From NCBI GenBank assembly GCA_022865485.1, contig JALHSZ010000010.1, forward strand, positions 4,328 through 68,327: a stretch of 64,000 nt of DNA, written 5' to 3'. How positions within the stretch are numbered: the stretch's first letter is position 1; each line of letters starts with the position of its first letter. Shown in pieces: positions 39,820 through 49,013 of this stretch. This DNA comes from Dehalococcoidales bacterium (GTDB taxonomy: Bacteria; Chloroflexota; Dehalococcoidia; Dehalococcoidales; BS750m-G39). Below the pieces are notes generated by a model. That model was given only the letters and a program-made list of their open reading frames with translations, did not search any database and was not told the origin of the DNA. The position numbers and the translations under genes are program-made.

Positions 39820-40290
39820 GTGGAGATAAACATTTTAGTCGATGAAACCCTGGAGATAGCTGTTGAGCCGGCCTGGCTCGAGGCTGTCGCCCGTCGGGTG
39901 CTGGCGGCGGAAAACATCGGCGCTAAAGCGGAAGTCGGCCTGGTCATCGCCAGTCAGGAAAGGGTCAGGCAGCTCAATCGTGACTACCGCGACATAGACG
40001 AGCCTACCGATGTCCTCTCCTTCTCCGCCCGCGAAGAAGCCGCCGGCCTGCCCCCCTTTATCCCGCCCCCCGACGGCGTTCTTCACCTGGGCGAGGTGAT
40101 AATTTCTTACCCACAGGCGCTAATACAGGCTGAGGAACACGGCCACCCCCTGCAAAAAGAGCTGGCCATTCTGCTCATCCACGGCTTGCTCCACCTGCTG
40201 GGCTACGACCACGAAAAGAGCGATGCGAAGCGTAAGATGAGGGCCCGGGAAGAAGAGCTTCTCGGCCTTATCGAAGGAGGCAGCAAATGA
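39820..40290 (+). CDS. ybeY: rRNA maturation endoribonuclease YbeY
   Basis: HGLLHLLGYDH zinc motif. Confidence 0.9.
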   Translation: MEINILVDETLEIAVEPAWLEAVARRVLAAENIGAKAEVGLVIASQERVRQLNRDYRDIDEPTDVLSFSAREEAAGLPPFIPPPDGVLHLGEVIISYPQALIQAEEHGHPLQKELAILLIHGLLHLLGYDHEKSDAKRKMRAREEELLGLIEGGSK

Positions 40291-40859
40291 GAGTACTGGG
40301 CATTAGTGGCAGCCCCCGCCGCGGCGGCAACACCGACCTCCTGCTGGCTGAAGTGATGAAGGGCGCCGAAAGCCAGGGCGCCGAGGCCAAGACCATTATC
40401 CTGAACGACCTCAAGATTACCCCCTGCCAGCACTGCGACGCCTGCTTCGAGGCGGGCGTCTGCAAGATAAAAGACGATATGCAGATGGTCTATGCCGAGA
40501 TGGAAAAAGCGGACCGAATCGTGCTGGCTTCCCCGGTGCACTTCCTGGGGCTGACCGCCCAGGCCAAGGCGATGATTGACCGCGGCCAGGCGCTCTGGGC
40601 GCGAAAATATATACTGAAAAAACCCACGCTGGGCGACAGCCGGCCCCGGAAAGGCTTATTCATCGCCGTCGGCGGTATGAAGCTGGCTCATCTCTTCGAG
40701 CCCTCGCTGGCGACGGTCAAAGCCTTCTTCAAGGTCATTGATGTCGAATACGCCGCCGACCTGCTCTTCCCCGGTGTCGACGAAAAGGGCGCCATCAAGA
40801 AGCACCCCGATGCTTTAAAGCAGGCATTTACCGCCGGCCAGAATCTGGTTACAGAGTGA
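40287..40859 (+). CDS. Flavodoxin-like NADPH-dependent FMN reductase / iron-sulfur flavoprotein family
   Basis: VLGISGSPRRGGNT, CQHCDAC cluster. Confidence 0.75.
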   Translation: MRVLGISGSPRRGGNTDLLLAEVMKGAESQGAEAKTIILNDLKITPCQHCDACFEAGVCKIKDDMQMVYAEMEKADRIVLASPVHFLGLTAQAKAMIDRGQALWARKYILKKPTLGDSRPRKGLFIAVGGMKLAHLFEPSLATVKAFFKVIDVEYAADLLFPGVDEKGAIKKHPDALKQAFTAGQNLVTE

Positions 40860-40881
40860 GGCAATCGAGAGGAGGAAAAGC

Positions 40882-41568
40882 ATGGATACCGTTACCGCCG
40901 TCAACAAGAGAAAGAGCACGCGGGCTTTTAAGCCCGACCCCGTCCCACAGCCGGTTCTAAAAGAGATAATGGAGCTGGCGTTGCGGGCGCCTTCCTGGGC
41001 GAACACGCAGCCCTGGGAATTCGCCGTAGTCGCCGGAAGCAAGCTCGAAGAGATAAAGCAAAGCTTCATCGAAAAGCTGGACGAGCCACCCGCCCTCGAT
41101 ATCGCCCGTCCCTGGGGCTTCCCCGAACCCTATGGCGGCCGTATTGGCCGGCTGATGGGCACAGAACAGAAAATCAGGGGAATAAAACGGGAAGACCGGG
41201 AGGGCAGGGGCTGGTGGCGGTTGCAGGGCTTGAAGAATTACGGCGCCCCCTGCGTTATTTTTATCTGCATCGACCGCGCCTTTTACTTTCAGGAAGAGAG
41301 CATAAATGCCTGGCTGCTCTTCGATTGCGGTCTGGTCGCCGAGAACATCATGCTTCTGGCTACCGACTACGGACTGGGCACGGTGGCTCAGGCGCAGGCG
41401 GTTCACTACCCCGATGTCCTGAGAAAGGCGCTGGGCATACCCGACTCCAAGCTCATCGTGCTCGGCATCGCCATCGGCTATCCCGATGAAGCAGACCCGA
41501 TAAACCATTTCCGCTCGGAAAGAGAACCTTTGGATAGCGTCGCCAAGTGGTATGGCTTCGGCCAGTGA
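40882..41568 (+). CDS. Nitroreductase family protein
   Basis: KRKSTRAF, APSWANTQPWEF. The last 40 codons are duplicated at 45489..45605. Confidence 0.8.
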   Translation: MDTVTAVNKRKSTRAFKPDPVPQPVLKEIMELALRAPSWANTQPWEFAVVAGSKLEEIKQSFIEKLDEPPALDIARPWGFPEPYGGRIGRLMGTEQKIRGIKREDREGRGWWRLQGLKNYGAPCVIFICIDRAFYFQEESINAWLLFDCGLVAENIMLLATDYGLGTVAQAQAVHYPDVLRKALGIPDSKLIVLGIAIGYPDEADPINHFRSEREPLDSVAKWYGFGQ

Positions 41569-41581
41569 AGGGAAGTCAGAC

Positions 41582-42343
41582 TCACGCCCACCTTCCCTTG
41601 CTTGACAGGATTATCTTTTCCTTGGTGAGGGAGCGGGAGAGGTAAAAGGCAATTATTCCCAGAAGGGCTGCCCCGGCTAAATTATACAGGGCGTAGTCCC
41701 AGGAAGTTAAAAGCCACAAAATCCGTCCTCCGACCTGCCCCACCACCTGCATCAGAACTACCCCGACAAATATAATAATGGTCTGGCCGATAACCGGGTT
41801 GGTAATCAGGCTGAAGATAATCCCCACCATAACCAGGGCCAACATGAACAGGGGCAGGAAGAGAAAGCTGGTAAATGCCGCCGCCAGCGGGAGGACAAAA
41901 TGACCCGTAGTCGGCAGGATAGCCGCCAGGTTCATCGTCAGAATGACTATCAGCGTAGCCATAAGCCCGATGATATAGGCCGGCAGGAAGATAGCCAGAC
42001 TTTTCCCTATCCAGACCCCCCTGGCGGTTAGCGGCGTCGCCAGCAGAGACTCTATAGGCCCCTTGGCCTTTTCCTTGGCGATTGGGTCGGTCGCCCAGGT
42101 CGCCATGCAGCTGAATAGGACTATGAGCGGCACGTAGTTAGCCGCCAGCCCTATGCAGAGCTCTAACAGGGGCTTCGCCTCATCCCAGGATATTCCGTCG
42201 GCTAACCACCCCTTGAGAGCGATAGGTACGCCTACCGCCGCCGCCACGATAAGAGCGCCGATGATACTAACCACAATCAGCAACGACTTGCTATGCAGGG
42301 TATCCCCTAAGTCGTTTCGCAGAACAACGAGCATTCCCTTCAT
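41582..42343 (-). CDS. ABC-2-type transporter permease
   Basis: Six hydrophobic segments. Overlaps the ATPase gene by 4 nt. Confidence 0.65.
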   Translation of the reverse strand: MKGMLVVLRNDLGDTLHSKSLLIVVSIIGALIVAAAVGVPIALKGWLADGISWDEAKPLLELCIGLAANYVPLIVLFSCMATWATDPIAKEKAKGPIESLLATPLTARGVWIGKSLAIFLPAYIIGLMATLIVILTMNLAAILPTTGHFVLPLAAAFTSFLFLPLFMLALVMVGIIFSLITNPVIGQTIIIFVGVVLMQVVGQVGGRILWLLTSWDYALYNLAGAALLGIIAFYLSRSLTKEKIILSSKGRWA

Positions 42344-43263
42344 GATGGCTCCACTTCCTTGAGTATGGCGGAGTAGATTTCCTCGAGGGAGGCTTCCTTT
42401 TTACTTACCCCCTCAATCTCTACCCCCCGCCCGACGAGAAGACTCACGATATCAGGGATTCTTACTCCTTCCTGGGGAGCGAAGGTGAGGATGTTGCCCT
42501 TCCTCTCTCGCAATCCCAGCCGGGAGAGGCTCTTGAGTTCAGCCAGGAGAGGCTCGGCGATGGCTTCGGTAGTCTCAATCTCTACCTCATTCCCACTCCT
42601 CTCACGCTGAAGCTGCTCCAGCTCGCCATAGAGCTTTATCTCACCACGGTCGATTAGAGCGATGCGGTTGCAGATTCTCTGCACCTCGTCCAGATTGTGA
42701 GAGCTCAGGAAGATGGTCCTTCCCTCCTTATGAGCCATGTTAAGGATGACCTCTCTCACCTCCATCTGGCCCGAGGGGTCAACTCCAGCCGTGGGCTCAT
42801 CCAGGACCAGAAGCTCCGGGTTATGCGTCATCGCCCGGGCCAAAGCCAGCCTTTGCCTCATCCCCTTGGAATAGGTGCCCACCTTGTCTCTGGCTCTATC
42901 CCGAAGCTCTACCAGCTCCAAAACCCTATCAATCCTCTCGGCGGGTTCGGCCATTCCGTAAATTCGGGTGTAATACCACAGGTTCTCCTCGGCGGTCTTA
43001 TTATCGTAAAGCCCGTCGCTCTCCAGGACAAAGCCCACCTTTCTTCTGGCCTCATCTCGGGAGACATCGTCTCCCAGGATAGTAGCCTTGCCCGAGGTGG
43101 GCTGGAGCAGGCCGAGAAGGATTCTAATAGTGGTGGTCTTACCGGCTCCGTTAGGCCCCAGATAACCGAAGATATCCCCCTGCTTTACCGTGAAGCTGAC
43201 ATCACTGAGGACTTCGCGTTCCCCCAGTTGCTTGGAGATAGCTTCAAGTCTTATGGCGTCCAT
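42340..43263 (-). CDS. ABC transporter ATP-binding protein (ABC-2 exporter type)
   Basis: Walker A GPNGAGKTT, signature YSKGMRQRL, Walker B LVLDEPTAGVD. Confidence 0.85.
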   Translation of the reverse strand: MDAIRLEAISKQLGEREVLSDVSFTVKQGDIFGYLGPNGAGKTTTIRILLGLLQPTSGKATILGDDVSRDEARRKVGFVLESDGLYDNKTAEENLWYYTRIYGMAEPAERIDRVLELVELRDRARDKVGTYSKGMRQRLALARAMTHNPELLVLDEPTAGVDPSGQMEVREVILNMAHKEGRTIFLSSHNLDEVQRICNRIALIDRGEIKLYGELEQLQRERSGNEVEIETTEAIAEPLLAELKSLSRLGLRERKGNILTFAPQEGVRIPDIVSLLVGRGVEIEGVSKKEASLEEIYSAILKEVEPS

Positions 43264-43364
43264 TCCCTGTCCTTATCGTTGATTTAAGTGATTCTGGGCA
43301 AGATGCTAGCCCCATTATAGCCTAGAAGCTGGAGCTAAGAAAGGGCGCTGACGGAGACGTCCTA

Positions 43365-44075
43365 TTAAGCCAGAGCCGGTAGAATATCAGGGAGCCTCTC
43401 CACCCTTCCGCCGCGTCGGATATATTGGCTAACAGCGCCAGCCAATGCCTCTACCTTACCGTCAGGGAAGACCTTGATAGCCGCCCCGGAAGGAATCCCG
43501 TAGCCTTTCACGTTATCCTGCTCAAGTGCCAGCAAAGCCTTTAATTCCTGCCAGTCATCCTCTTCGGCATGGGTATCACAGATAATCGGCGCCACCCCCA
43601 GACAGGGGAAAATCTCAGCCGTCGCATCATCGTCAGGGTCTCGCCAGCGAATCCACTCTTTGGCCAGCATAATGCTCCCGGCCGAGACCCCGAAAAACGG
43701 TTTACCCTGCCTGTAAAGCTGAAACAGGAAATCGACCATACCCTTTTCCCGCAGAACCTCCATACCCCTCTCCACATCCCCGCCGCTGATAAAAACGATA
43801 TCGGCTGAGATAAGTATATTTTGCGCCTTCTTGAGGTCGGCGTGGTGGGGGGTAATCAGGGCGTGGCTAATCCGGCCTGCCCCCGCCCCCTGCATTTCCT
43901 TCATCATAAAGCTGAGAAACCTGGTGTCATCATCACTGGCCGTGCCCACGTAGCCCACGCTGGGCGACGGCTTACCGCATTCCCGTAAAGCCGCCTGAAA
44001 GGTAGTGTCGGGCTGCCCGTGGGGGCCCCGGCGGCTCCCCCCGATTAAGTAAACAGGCTTCATATTATTCGTCAT
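43365..44075 (-). CDS. Peptidase S51 (dipeptidase E / cyanophycinase-like) family protein
   Basis: ISGGDV and the nucleophile elbow GVSAGS. ATG at 44075 with a GGGGGG SD. Overlaps the upstream ligase gene. Confidence 0.6.
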   Translation of the reverse strand: MTNNMKPVYLIGGSRRGPHGQPDTTFQAALRECGKPSPSVGYVGTASDDDTRFLSFMMKEMQGAGAGRISHALITPHHADLKKAQNILISADIVFISGGDVERGMEVLREKGMVDFLFQLYRQGKPFFGVSAGSIMLAKEWIRWRDPDDDATAEIFPCLGVAPIICDTHAEEDDWQELKALLALEQDNVKGYGIPSGAAIKVFPDGKVEALAGAVSQYIRRGGRVERLPDILPALA

Positions 44076-44091
44076 TATGTTCCCCCCTTCC

Positions 44092-45417
44092 TCAGTCGGT
44101 GACATAGTTTTCATCCAAATAATGCTCTATTTCTACCGGAAACAACGTCTTGGCCAGGCTGTATTTCCCGGAGCCTTCCGGGGGAATGGCATCTTGATAG
44201 CTAACCGAGACTTCAGCATCTCGGCCATAGAGCCCTTTCAATATTTCTGAGGCCTGTTCACTAAGCCTGTCCTTATCCCGCCGCTGGCTGACAAGGTACA
44301 AATGGTAAACACCTTCCCCAGGCTGCTCCAGGCGGTACTCATCGATTCCCTCTAAAACGCTCAGGGCTTTGTCCAGTTCACGTAAAGAGACCAGCCGGCC
44401 GCTGCAGGTGAGAGTCACATTGGTTAGCCGACCCTCAATCGCCTCAAGAATCAAACCCGAATCCCTCCCACAGGGACACTCGCCCCGTTCATCAATACGG
44501 ACTAAATCGCCGACGTCAAAACGAACGATATAATACCACGGATTATTAAAGGTAGTGACCAGAATCCTGCCCAGCCGGGGGCCGCCATGTTCTGGCTTTA
44601 AGGGGTGAAAATCCACGCGACAAAATTCGCTGTTCTGATGAAATTTCCCTTTCTCACACTGCATAAAAACATATCCCGTTTCCGTGGTTCCATACGAGCT
44701 GGCTATGGGCACATCGAAGACCCTGCGGATTTGCCGGTAATGGAAAGCCGAGGGGTATTCGTAAGTAAAAACGATAAGCTGAGGCTGAAAAACCGTTTTT
44801 TTAGTGGTGGCAATATAACGGCATAACTTCGCCAGCAGTGAAGGGTTAGCCTCCAGGACCACTGGCTTAAAAATTTCCAGCTCCCTTATCATCCTGTCCA
44901 TATACTCCGAAGTCCATGATAACGGGTCAGTTTTTTCGTTAAGATAAAGGAACCGTGCCAGGCGCCGCTTTCCCATAGGAAGCTCGACGGTATCCGAGAT
45001 AAAACCGACATTGAGCGGGTTGGCCAGAATCGCCTCCGGGTGACTCCCCGTGGCAATTTTATTGGCATAAGAATTAAGCTTCCAGGAGGCCCTCTCCGAA
45101 GCGTCCCACCACTTTTGATTCCATATATTAGTGACGCTAGAGTCAATCGTGCCGCTGGTTTTAACGAAGGCTATCTCCCCATTGGCCAAGCCGCGTTTAA
45201 AATCGCTATCATTGGGAAGAAGACCCTGGGGGAAGTGCTGGCGAACATCTTGCTTAGTAAGTGCGGGCATGGCGGCGTAGCGCTTATCGACCGGATATTC
45301 GGGGCCGAGGTCGAAAGCCCGCCAGGAACGGTAGGCAGCAACCTCACCGAGAGCTGTCTCCAAGACATACAGGGAACGGCTGTAATAATCAGCCGAGAAT
45401 TTCCAATCCCGGGGCAT
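44092..45417 (-). CDS. PaaK/CapK/F390-synthetase-like adenylate-forming enzyme
   Basis: TSGTIDSS (a degenerate P-loop-like A3 motif), YGTTETG, CPCGR. 441 aa. Confidence 0.65.
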   Translation of the reverse strand: MPRDWKFSADYYSRSLYVLETALGEVAAYRSWRAFDLGPEYPVDKRYAAMPALTKQDVRQHFPQGLLPNDSDFKRGLANGEIAFVKTSGTIDSSVTNIWNQKWWDASERASWKLNSYANKIATGSHPEAILANPLNVGFISDTVELPMGKRRLARFLYLNEKTDPLSWTSEYMDRMIRELEIFKPVVLEANPSLLAKLCRYIATTKKTVFQPQLIVFTYEYPSAFHYRQIRRVFDVPIASSYGTTETGYVFMQCEKGKFHQNSEFCRVDFHPLKPEHGGPRLGRILVTTFNNPWYYIVRFDVGDLVRIDERGECPCGRDSGLILEAIEGRLTNVTLTCSGRLVSLRELDKALSVLEGIDEYRLEQPGEGVYHLYLVSQRRDKDRLSEQASEILKGLYGRDAEVSVSYQDAIPPEGSGKYSLAKTLFPVEIEHYLDENYVTD

Positions 45418-45488
45418 CAACTATGCTCCTTTATGATGTGCGTAATCGAGCCAAACTCAATTCTATCACTACCCTTCGCTGGGAAGCA

Positions 45489-45605
45489 AAGCTCATCGTG
45501 CTCGGCATCGCCATCGGCTATCCCGACGAAGATGACCCGATAAACAGTTTCCGCTCGGAAAGGGAGCCGCTGGATAGTGTCGCCAGATGGTGTGGCTTCG
45601 ACTAA
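45489..45605 (+). pseudogene. Orphan 3' fragment of a nitroreductase gene (about 39 codons, no 5' part)
   Basis: Encodes KLIVLGIAIGYPDEDDPINSFRSEREPLDSVARWCGFD*. The intact gene ends KLIVLGIAIGYPDEADPINHFRSEREPLDSVAKWYGFGQ*. The first 38 nt are identical and the whole is about 89% identical by hand alignment. Confidence 0.8.
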
Positions 45606-46777
45606 TCTAAAGGCAGGTCGTAGATGCGCCAGGTCTTGTAGCGCTTGGCCCCCATAAACTCGGAAGGGCGCAGGATGAGGTGGTTATCCTCCAGGAGCAG
45701 GGACGCCTCGCACGTGGAGTAGCCTTTCCCGATGGCGTAGTTCTTAACCCTTTCGTAGAGCAGGGCGTCGATGCCCAGGTTGCGAAAACCGGGACGAATG
45801 CCGAAGAACATCAGGCGGGTGCGGCCGGTGTGCCGACGCTTACGGAGCAGCCGGATAAGGCGTATCAGGTCGGAATCGCCGTACCAGCGCCAGCGTGGCC
45901 GTAAGGCATAATTGGGGTCGGGGAAAGCCCCCAGAACAGCCGCCGGCTCACCTCGGACGAAGGCGAACTGAACCAAGCCCGGATCTACGATCAGGCGCAG
46001 GGAATTTGCCAAGAGGATAGCTTCCTCATCGGTTATGGGCAGGAACCCCCAGTTTTGCGCCCAGCTATCGTTATATATTTTTACTATCAGGTGCACCTCT
46101 TTTTGCAGGTGTTTGAGGATTAGTGGCCGCGTTTCGATGTCCCGGCGCTGTCGTACCTGCTCGGCCAGCCTCTGCAATCGGGGGGGTGGGGGCGTTTGCA
46201 CGTCCATGATATAGGCGTGATAGTCCTTGGCTTTGCCGAAACCGTAGCGTTCCAGGAAGTCGGCGTAGTAGGGAGGGTTGTGGGTCAGTTCCACCGTCGG
46301 CGGATACTCGAAGCCGTCGATAAGGATACCCTGGCGTTCGTGGGTGGCATTGGAGTATTCACCGGGGCCTCTTATAACCGTCATCCCGCGCTCTTTGACC
46401 CAGGCACAAGCCCGCTCCAACAGTGCCTTAGCCACGGCATAATCCTCGATGACGTCCCAGAAGCCGAAAAAGCCGATACGAGTACCGTGGTATTCGTTGA
46501 AGCGACGGTTGATGGCCGCCGAGACTCGTCCCACCGCCTTGCCGTCACGCCAGGCCAGAAAGTGGGTAACTTCAGCATCCCGGTGGTAGGGGTGCTTCGG
46601 CGTCAGCAGGCCGACCAGGCCGAGCCATCGGTTGCCGAGCAGGTCGCCGCGGAGGGGCGGGGTCCAGCAGGGGTCGCCGCGATGGATATGCCAGGGTAAA
46701 TCGGCGAAGAGCTTAATTCGGGGCGAGCCTAACGAGATTTCCTCGATCCTCAGGGGGGCGCGGGATGTGGAATTCAT
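45602..46777 (-). CDS. Uncharacterised GNAT-fold-like (acyl-CoA N-acyltransferase-like) protein
   Basis: RIGFFGFWDVIEDYAVAKALLERACAWVKERGMTVIRGP resembles a large uncharacterised 'N-acetyltransferase' family. The assignment is tentative. Confidence 0.4.
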   Translation of the reverse strand: MNSTSRAPLRIEEISLGSPRIKLFADLPWHIHRGDPCWTPPLRGDLLGNRWLGLVGLLTPKHPYHRDAEVTHFLAWRDGKAVGRVSAAINRRFNEYHGTRIGFFGFWDVIEDYAVAKALLERACAWVKERGMTVIRGPGEYSNATHERQGILIDGFEYPPTVELTHNPPYYADFLERYGFGKAKDYHAYIMDVQTPPPPRLQRLAEQVRQRRDIETRPLILKHLQKEVHLIVKIYNDSWAQNWGFLPITDEEAILLANSLRLIVDPGLVQFAFVRGEPAAVLGAFPDPNYALRPRWRWYGDSDLIRLIRLLRKRRHTGRTRLMFFGIRPGFRNLGIDALLYERVKNYAIGKGYSTCEASLLLEDNHLILRPSEFMGAKRYKTWRIYDLPLD

Positions 46778-46781
46778 AAAG

Positions 46782-47951
46782 CTATTTAGCCACTACCAGC
46801 TTGCCCACCGCCGTCTCCAGCCCGGCCAGCGTTAGCGGGTACATGGAGAAGAGCTTCCCAATCATCTGCACGGTGGGGTGAATCCAGAAGCGCGGGTCGT
46901 CGGGGTTCAACCAGACGCAGTGGCTGAAGTGCTCCCTGATTCTTTTCAGCCAGAGTATGCCCGGTATCTCGTTGCGCTCGTAGTAATTTATGGCTCCGTA
47001 GCGCTCGGTCAGCTCCCAGGGCCCCATCCTGGCGTCGCCCACCAGCAGCAGCTTGTAGTCGGGCTCCAGCGTGTGCAGCAGGTGCAGGGTGCTCACCGCG
47101 TCCACCCGCTCGACGTCTTTGTAGAGGTAGTCGTAGATGCAGTTGTGGAAATAATAATACTGAAAGTCCCGGAAATGGGTGCTGGAATGCGCCGCCGAGA
47201 AGAGCTGGCTGCAGAGCTTGGCGAAGGGCTCCATGGAGCCGCCGACGTCCATCAGCAAGAGCAACTTTACCGTGTTCTTGCGGCTGCGCTGCCAGATAAA
47301 ATCGAGGTCGCCGGCATTTTTAGCGGTGGCTTTAATCGTCCCCTCAAGGTCTAATTCATCTTCAACACCGGTGCGGCGCAGCTGCCTCAGCTTTTTGAGT
47401 GCCATGCCTATCTGGCGCACGTCCAGCGTCAGGTCGCTGCGGTAGTTCTTGAATCTACGCTCCGCGGCAATCTGTACGGCGTGCCGGCCCCCCGACTGCC
47501 CCCCGATTCTGATGCCCGCGGGGTGGTAGCCCGAGTGCCCGAAGGGAGAGGTGCCCCCCCTCCCTATCCAGTGGCCGCCCCCGTCGTGCTGCTCGGTCTG
47601 CTCTTTGAGCCGTTTTTCCAGCTCTTTAATCAGCTCGTCGAAGTCCATGCTCTCGAACTTGGCCTGCTCCTCCTCGCTTAAGAAAAGGCGGTTCAGGGGG
47701 TCTTTGAGCCAGTCCAGCACCTGCTCGGCAATCTCCTCGGGGGCTTCCACCCCCTGGAAGTACTGCTGGAAGGCGACGTCGTACTGGTCGTAGTAGGCTT
47801 CGCTCTTGACCAGGATGGCTCGGGCCAGGAAATAGAAATCGTCCAGGTTATGGATGTGCCCCTTGGCCAGGGCTTCCATGAGGGTCATCCACTCCACGAG
47901 CGAGACCGGCACCTTGTTTTTCCTGAGGATATAGAAAAAATCGGTAAACAT
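46782..47951 (-). CDS. VWA domain protein, CoxE-like
   Basis: N-terminus FFYILRKNKVPVSLVEWMTLMEAL. VWA MIDAS-like LLLMDVGGSM. Sits directly downstream of a MoxR-type ATPase. Confidence 0.65.
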   Translation of the reverse strand: MFTDFFYILRKNKVPVSLVEWMTLMEALAKGHIHNLDDFYFLARAILVKSEAYYDQYDVAFQQYFQGVEAPEEIAEQVLDWLKDPLNRLFLSEEEQAKFESMDFDELIKELEKRLKEQTEQHDGGGHWIGRGGTSPFGHSGYHPAGIRIGGQSGGRHAVQIAAERRFKNYRSDLTLDVRQIGMALKKLRQLRRTGVEDELDLEGTIKATAKNAGDLDFIWQRSRKNTVKLLLLMDVGGSMEPFAKLCSQLFSAAHSSTHFRDFQYYYFHNCIYDYLYKDVERVDAVSTLHLLHTLEPDYKLLLVGDARMGPWELTERYGAINYYERNEIPGILWLKRIREHFSHCVWLNPDDPRFWIHPTVQMIGKLFSMYPLTLAGLETAVGKLVVAK

Positions 47952-47953
47952 AG

Positions 47954-48790
47954 CTACCGCCGCCGAATGACGAAGTTGTTGACGAAGTAGTCGTAGTCGG
48001 TTTCTTTTTTGAGCAGGGTGCCGATAAAGGGGAACTGCTTGGAGACATTCTCGTGGGGGATGCCGCCGGCGATAAGCGCCCGAATCCAGTCGATAAGCTC
48101 GCTGGTCGAAGGCTTCTTGCGGAAATCGTCGACCTCCCTCAGCTTGTAGAAAGACTTCAGGGCTTCGCTGAGCAGGCTGTCCTTGATGTCGGGGAAGTGC
48201 ACCCGCACGATTTCCTCCATCAATTCCGGTGTGGGGAACTCGATATAATGAAAAATACAGCGCCGCAGGAAGGCATCGGGCAACTCCTTCTCGGCGTTGC
48301 TGGTGATGACGGTTATAGGGCGGTGGACGGCGCTGATGGTCTCGTTGGTCTCGGGGATATAAAAGCTCATTTCATCCAGCTCGTTGAGCAGGTCGTTGGG
48401 GAACTCGATGTCGGCCTTGTCCACCTCGTCAATGAGCAGGACCACCTGCTCCGGGGAGGTAAAGGCCTGCCCCATCTTGCCCAGCTTGATGTACTGCTTG
48501 ATGTCGGCAATATCCTTGTCGCCGAAGCGGCTGTCGTTGAGCCGCTGCACGGTGTCATAGACGTAAAGCCCCTCCTGGGCTTTGGTCGTCGACTTCACGT
48601 TCCAGGTGATTAGTTTCTTCTCCAGCCCCTGGGCGATGCTGTGGGCCAATAGTGTTTTCCCCGTCCCCGCCTCCCCCCTTATTAGCAGCGGCCTCCCCAG
48701 GGCGATAGACACATTGACCGCATTGCGGAGCGGTTCCGAGGTAACGTAGTCCTCCGAGCCGCTAAATTGGGCAAAACTATCCTTGCTCAC
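47954..48790 (-). CDS. MoxR-like AAA+ ATPase
   Basis: Walker A GEAGTGKT, Walker B LLIDEVDK, ITSN sensor region. Confidence 0.8.
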   Translation of the reverse strand: MSKDSFAQFSGSEDYVTSEPLRNAVNVSIALGRPLLIRGEAGTGKTLLAHSIAQGLEKKLITWNVKSTTKAQEGLYVYDTVQRLNDSRFGDKDIADIKQYIKLGKMGQAFTSPEQVVLLIDEVDKADIEFPNDLLNELDEMSFYIPETNETISAVHRPITVITSNAEKELPDAFLRRCIFHYIEFPTPELMEEIVRVHFPDIKDSLLSEALKSFYKLREVDDFRKKPSTSELIDWIRALIAGGIPHENVSKQFPFIGTLLKKETDYDYFVNNFVIRRR

Positions 48791-49013
48791 TACTATCTGC
48801 CTCCTGAAAGATATTCACCGCGGACATATTAATTCTGTCGCAGCTGAAATTGTCGCTTCTAGAGGGTTCTAATCACTCCCAAACTAAATTATACCTGAGA
48901 TTAGGAGTGGGAAGCAAACTTGGGGTGAATAGGGACGGCGCAGTTTGTATAGTGTGTGGCTGTACTTGACTTAGCCGCTGCGAGGTGCTACTCTCTGGCG
49001 AGGGAGCGAAGGC

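Noticed and set aside
41569-45488. Calling the two low-GC insertions (this one and 51317-53195) mobile elements or genomic islands
   Set aside because: No integrase, transposase, terminal inverted repeats or tRNA target are present. Only the flanking 3'-end duplications and the GC shift support acquisition. They are therefore reported as findings, not annotated as mobile_element.
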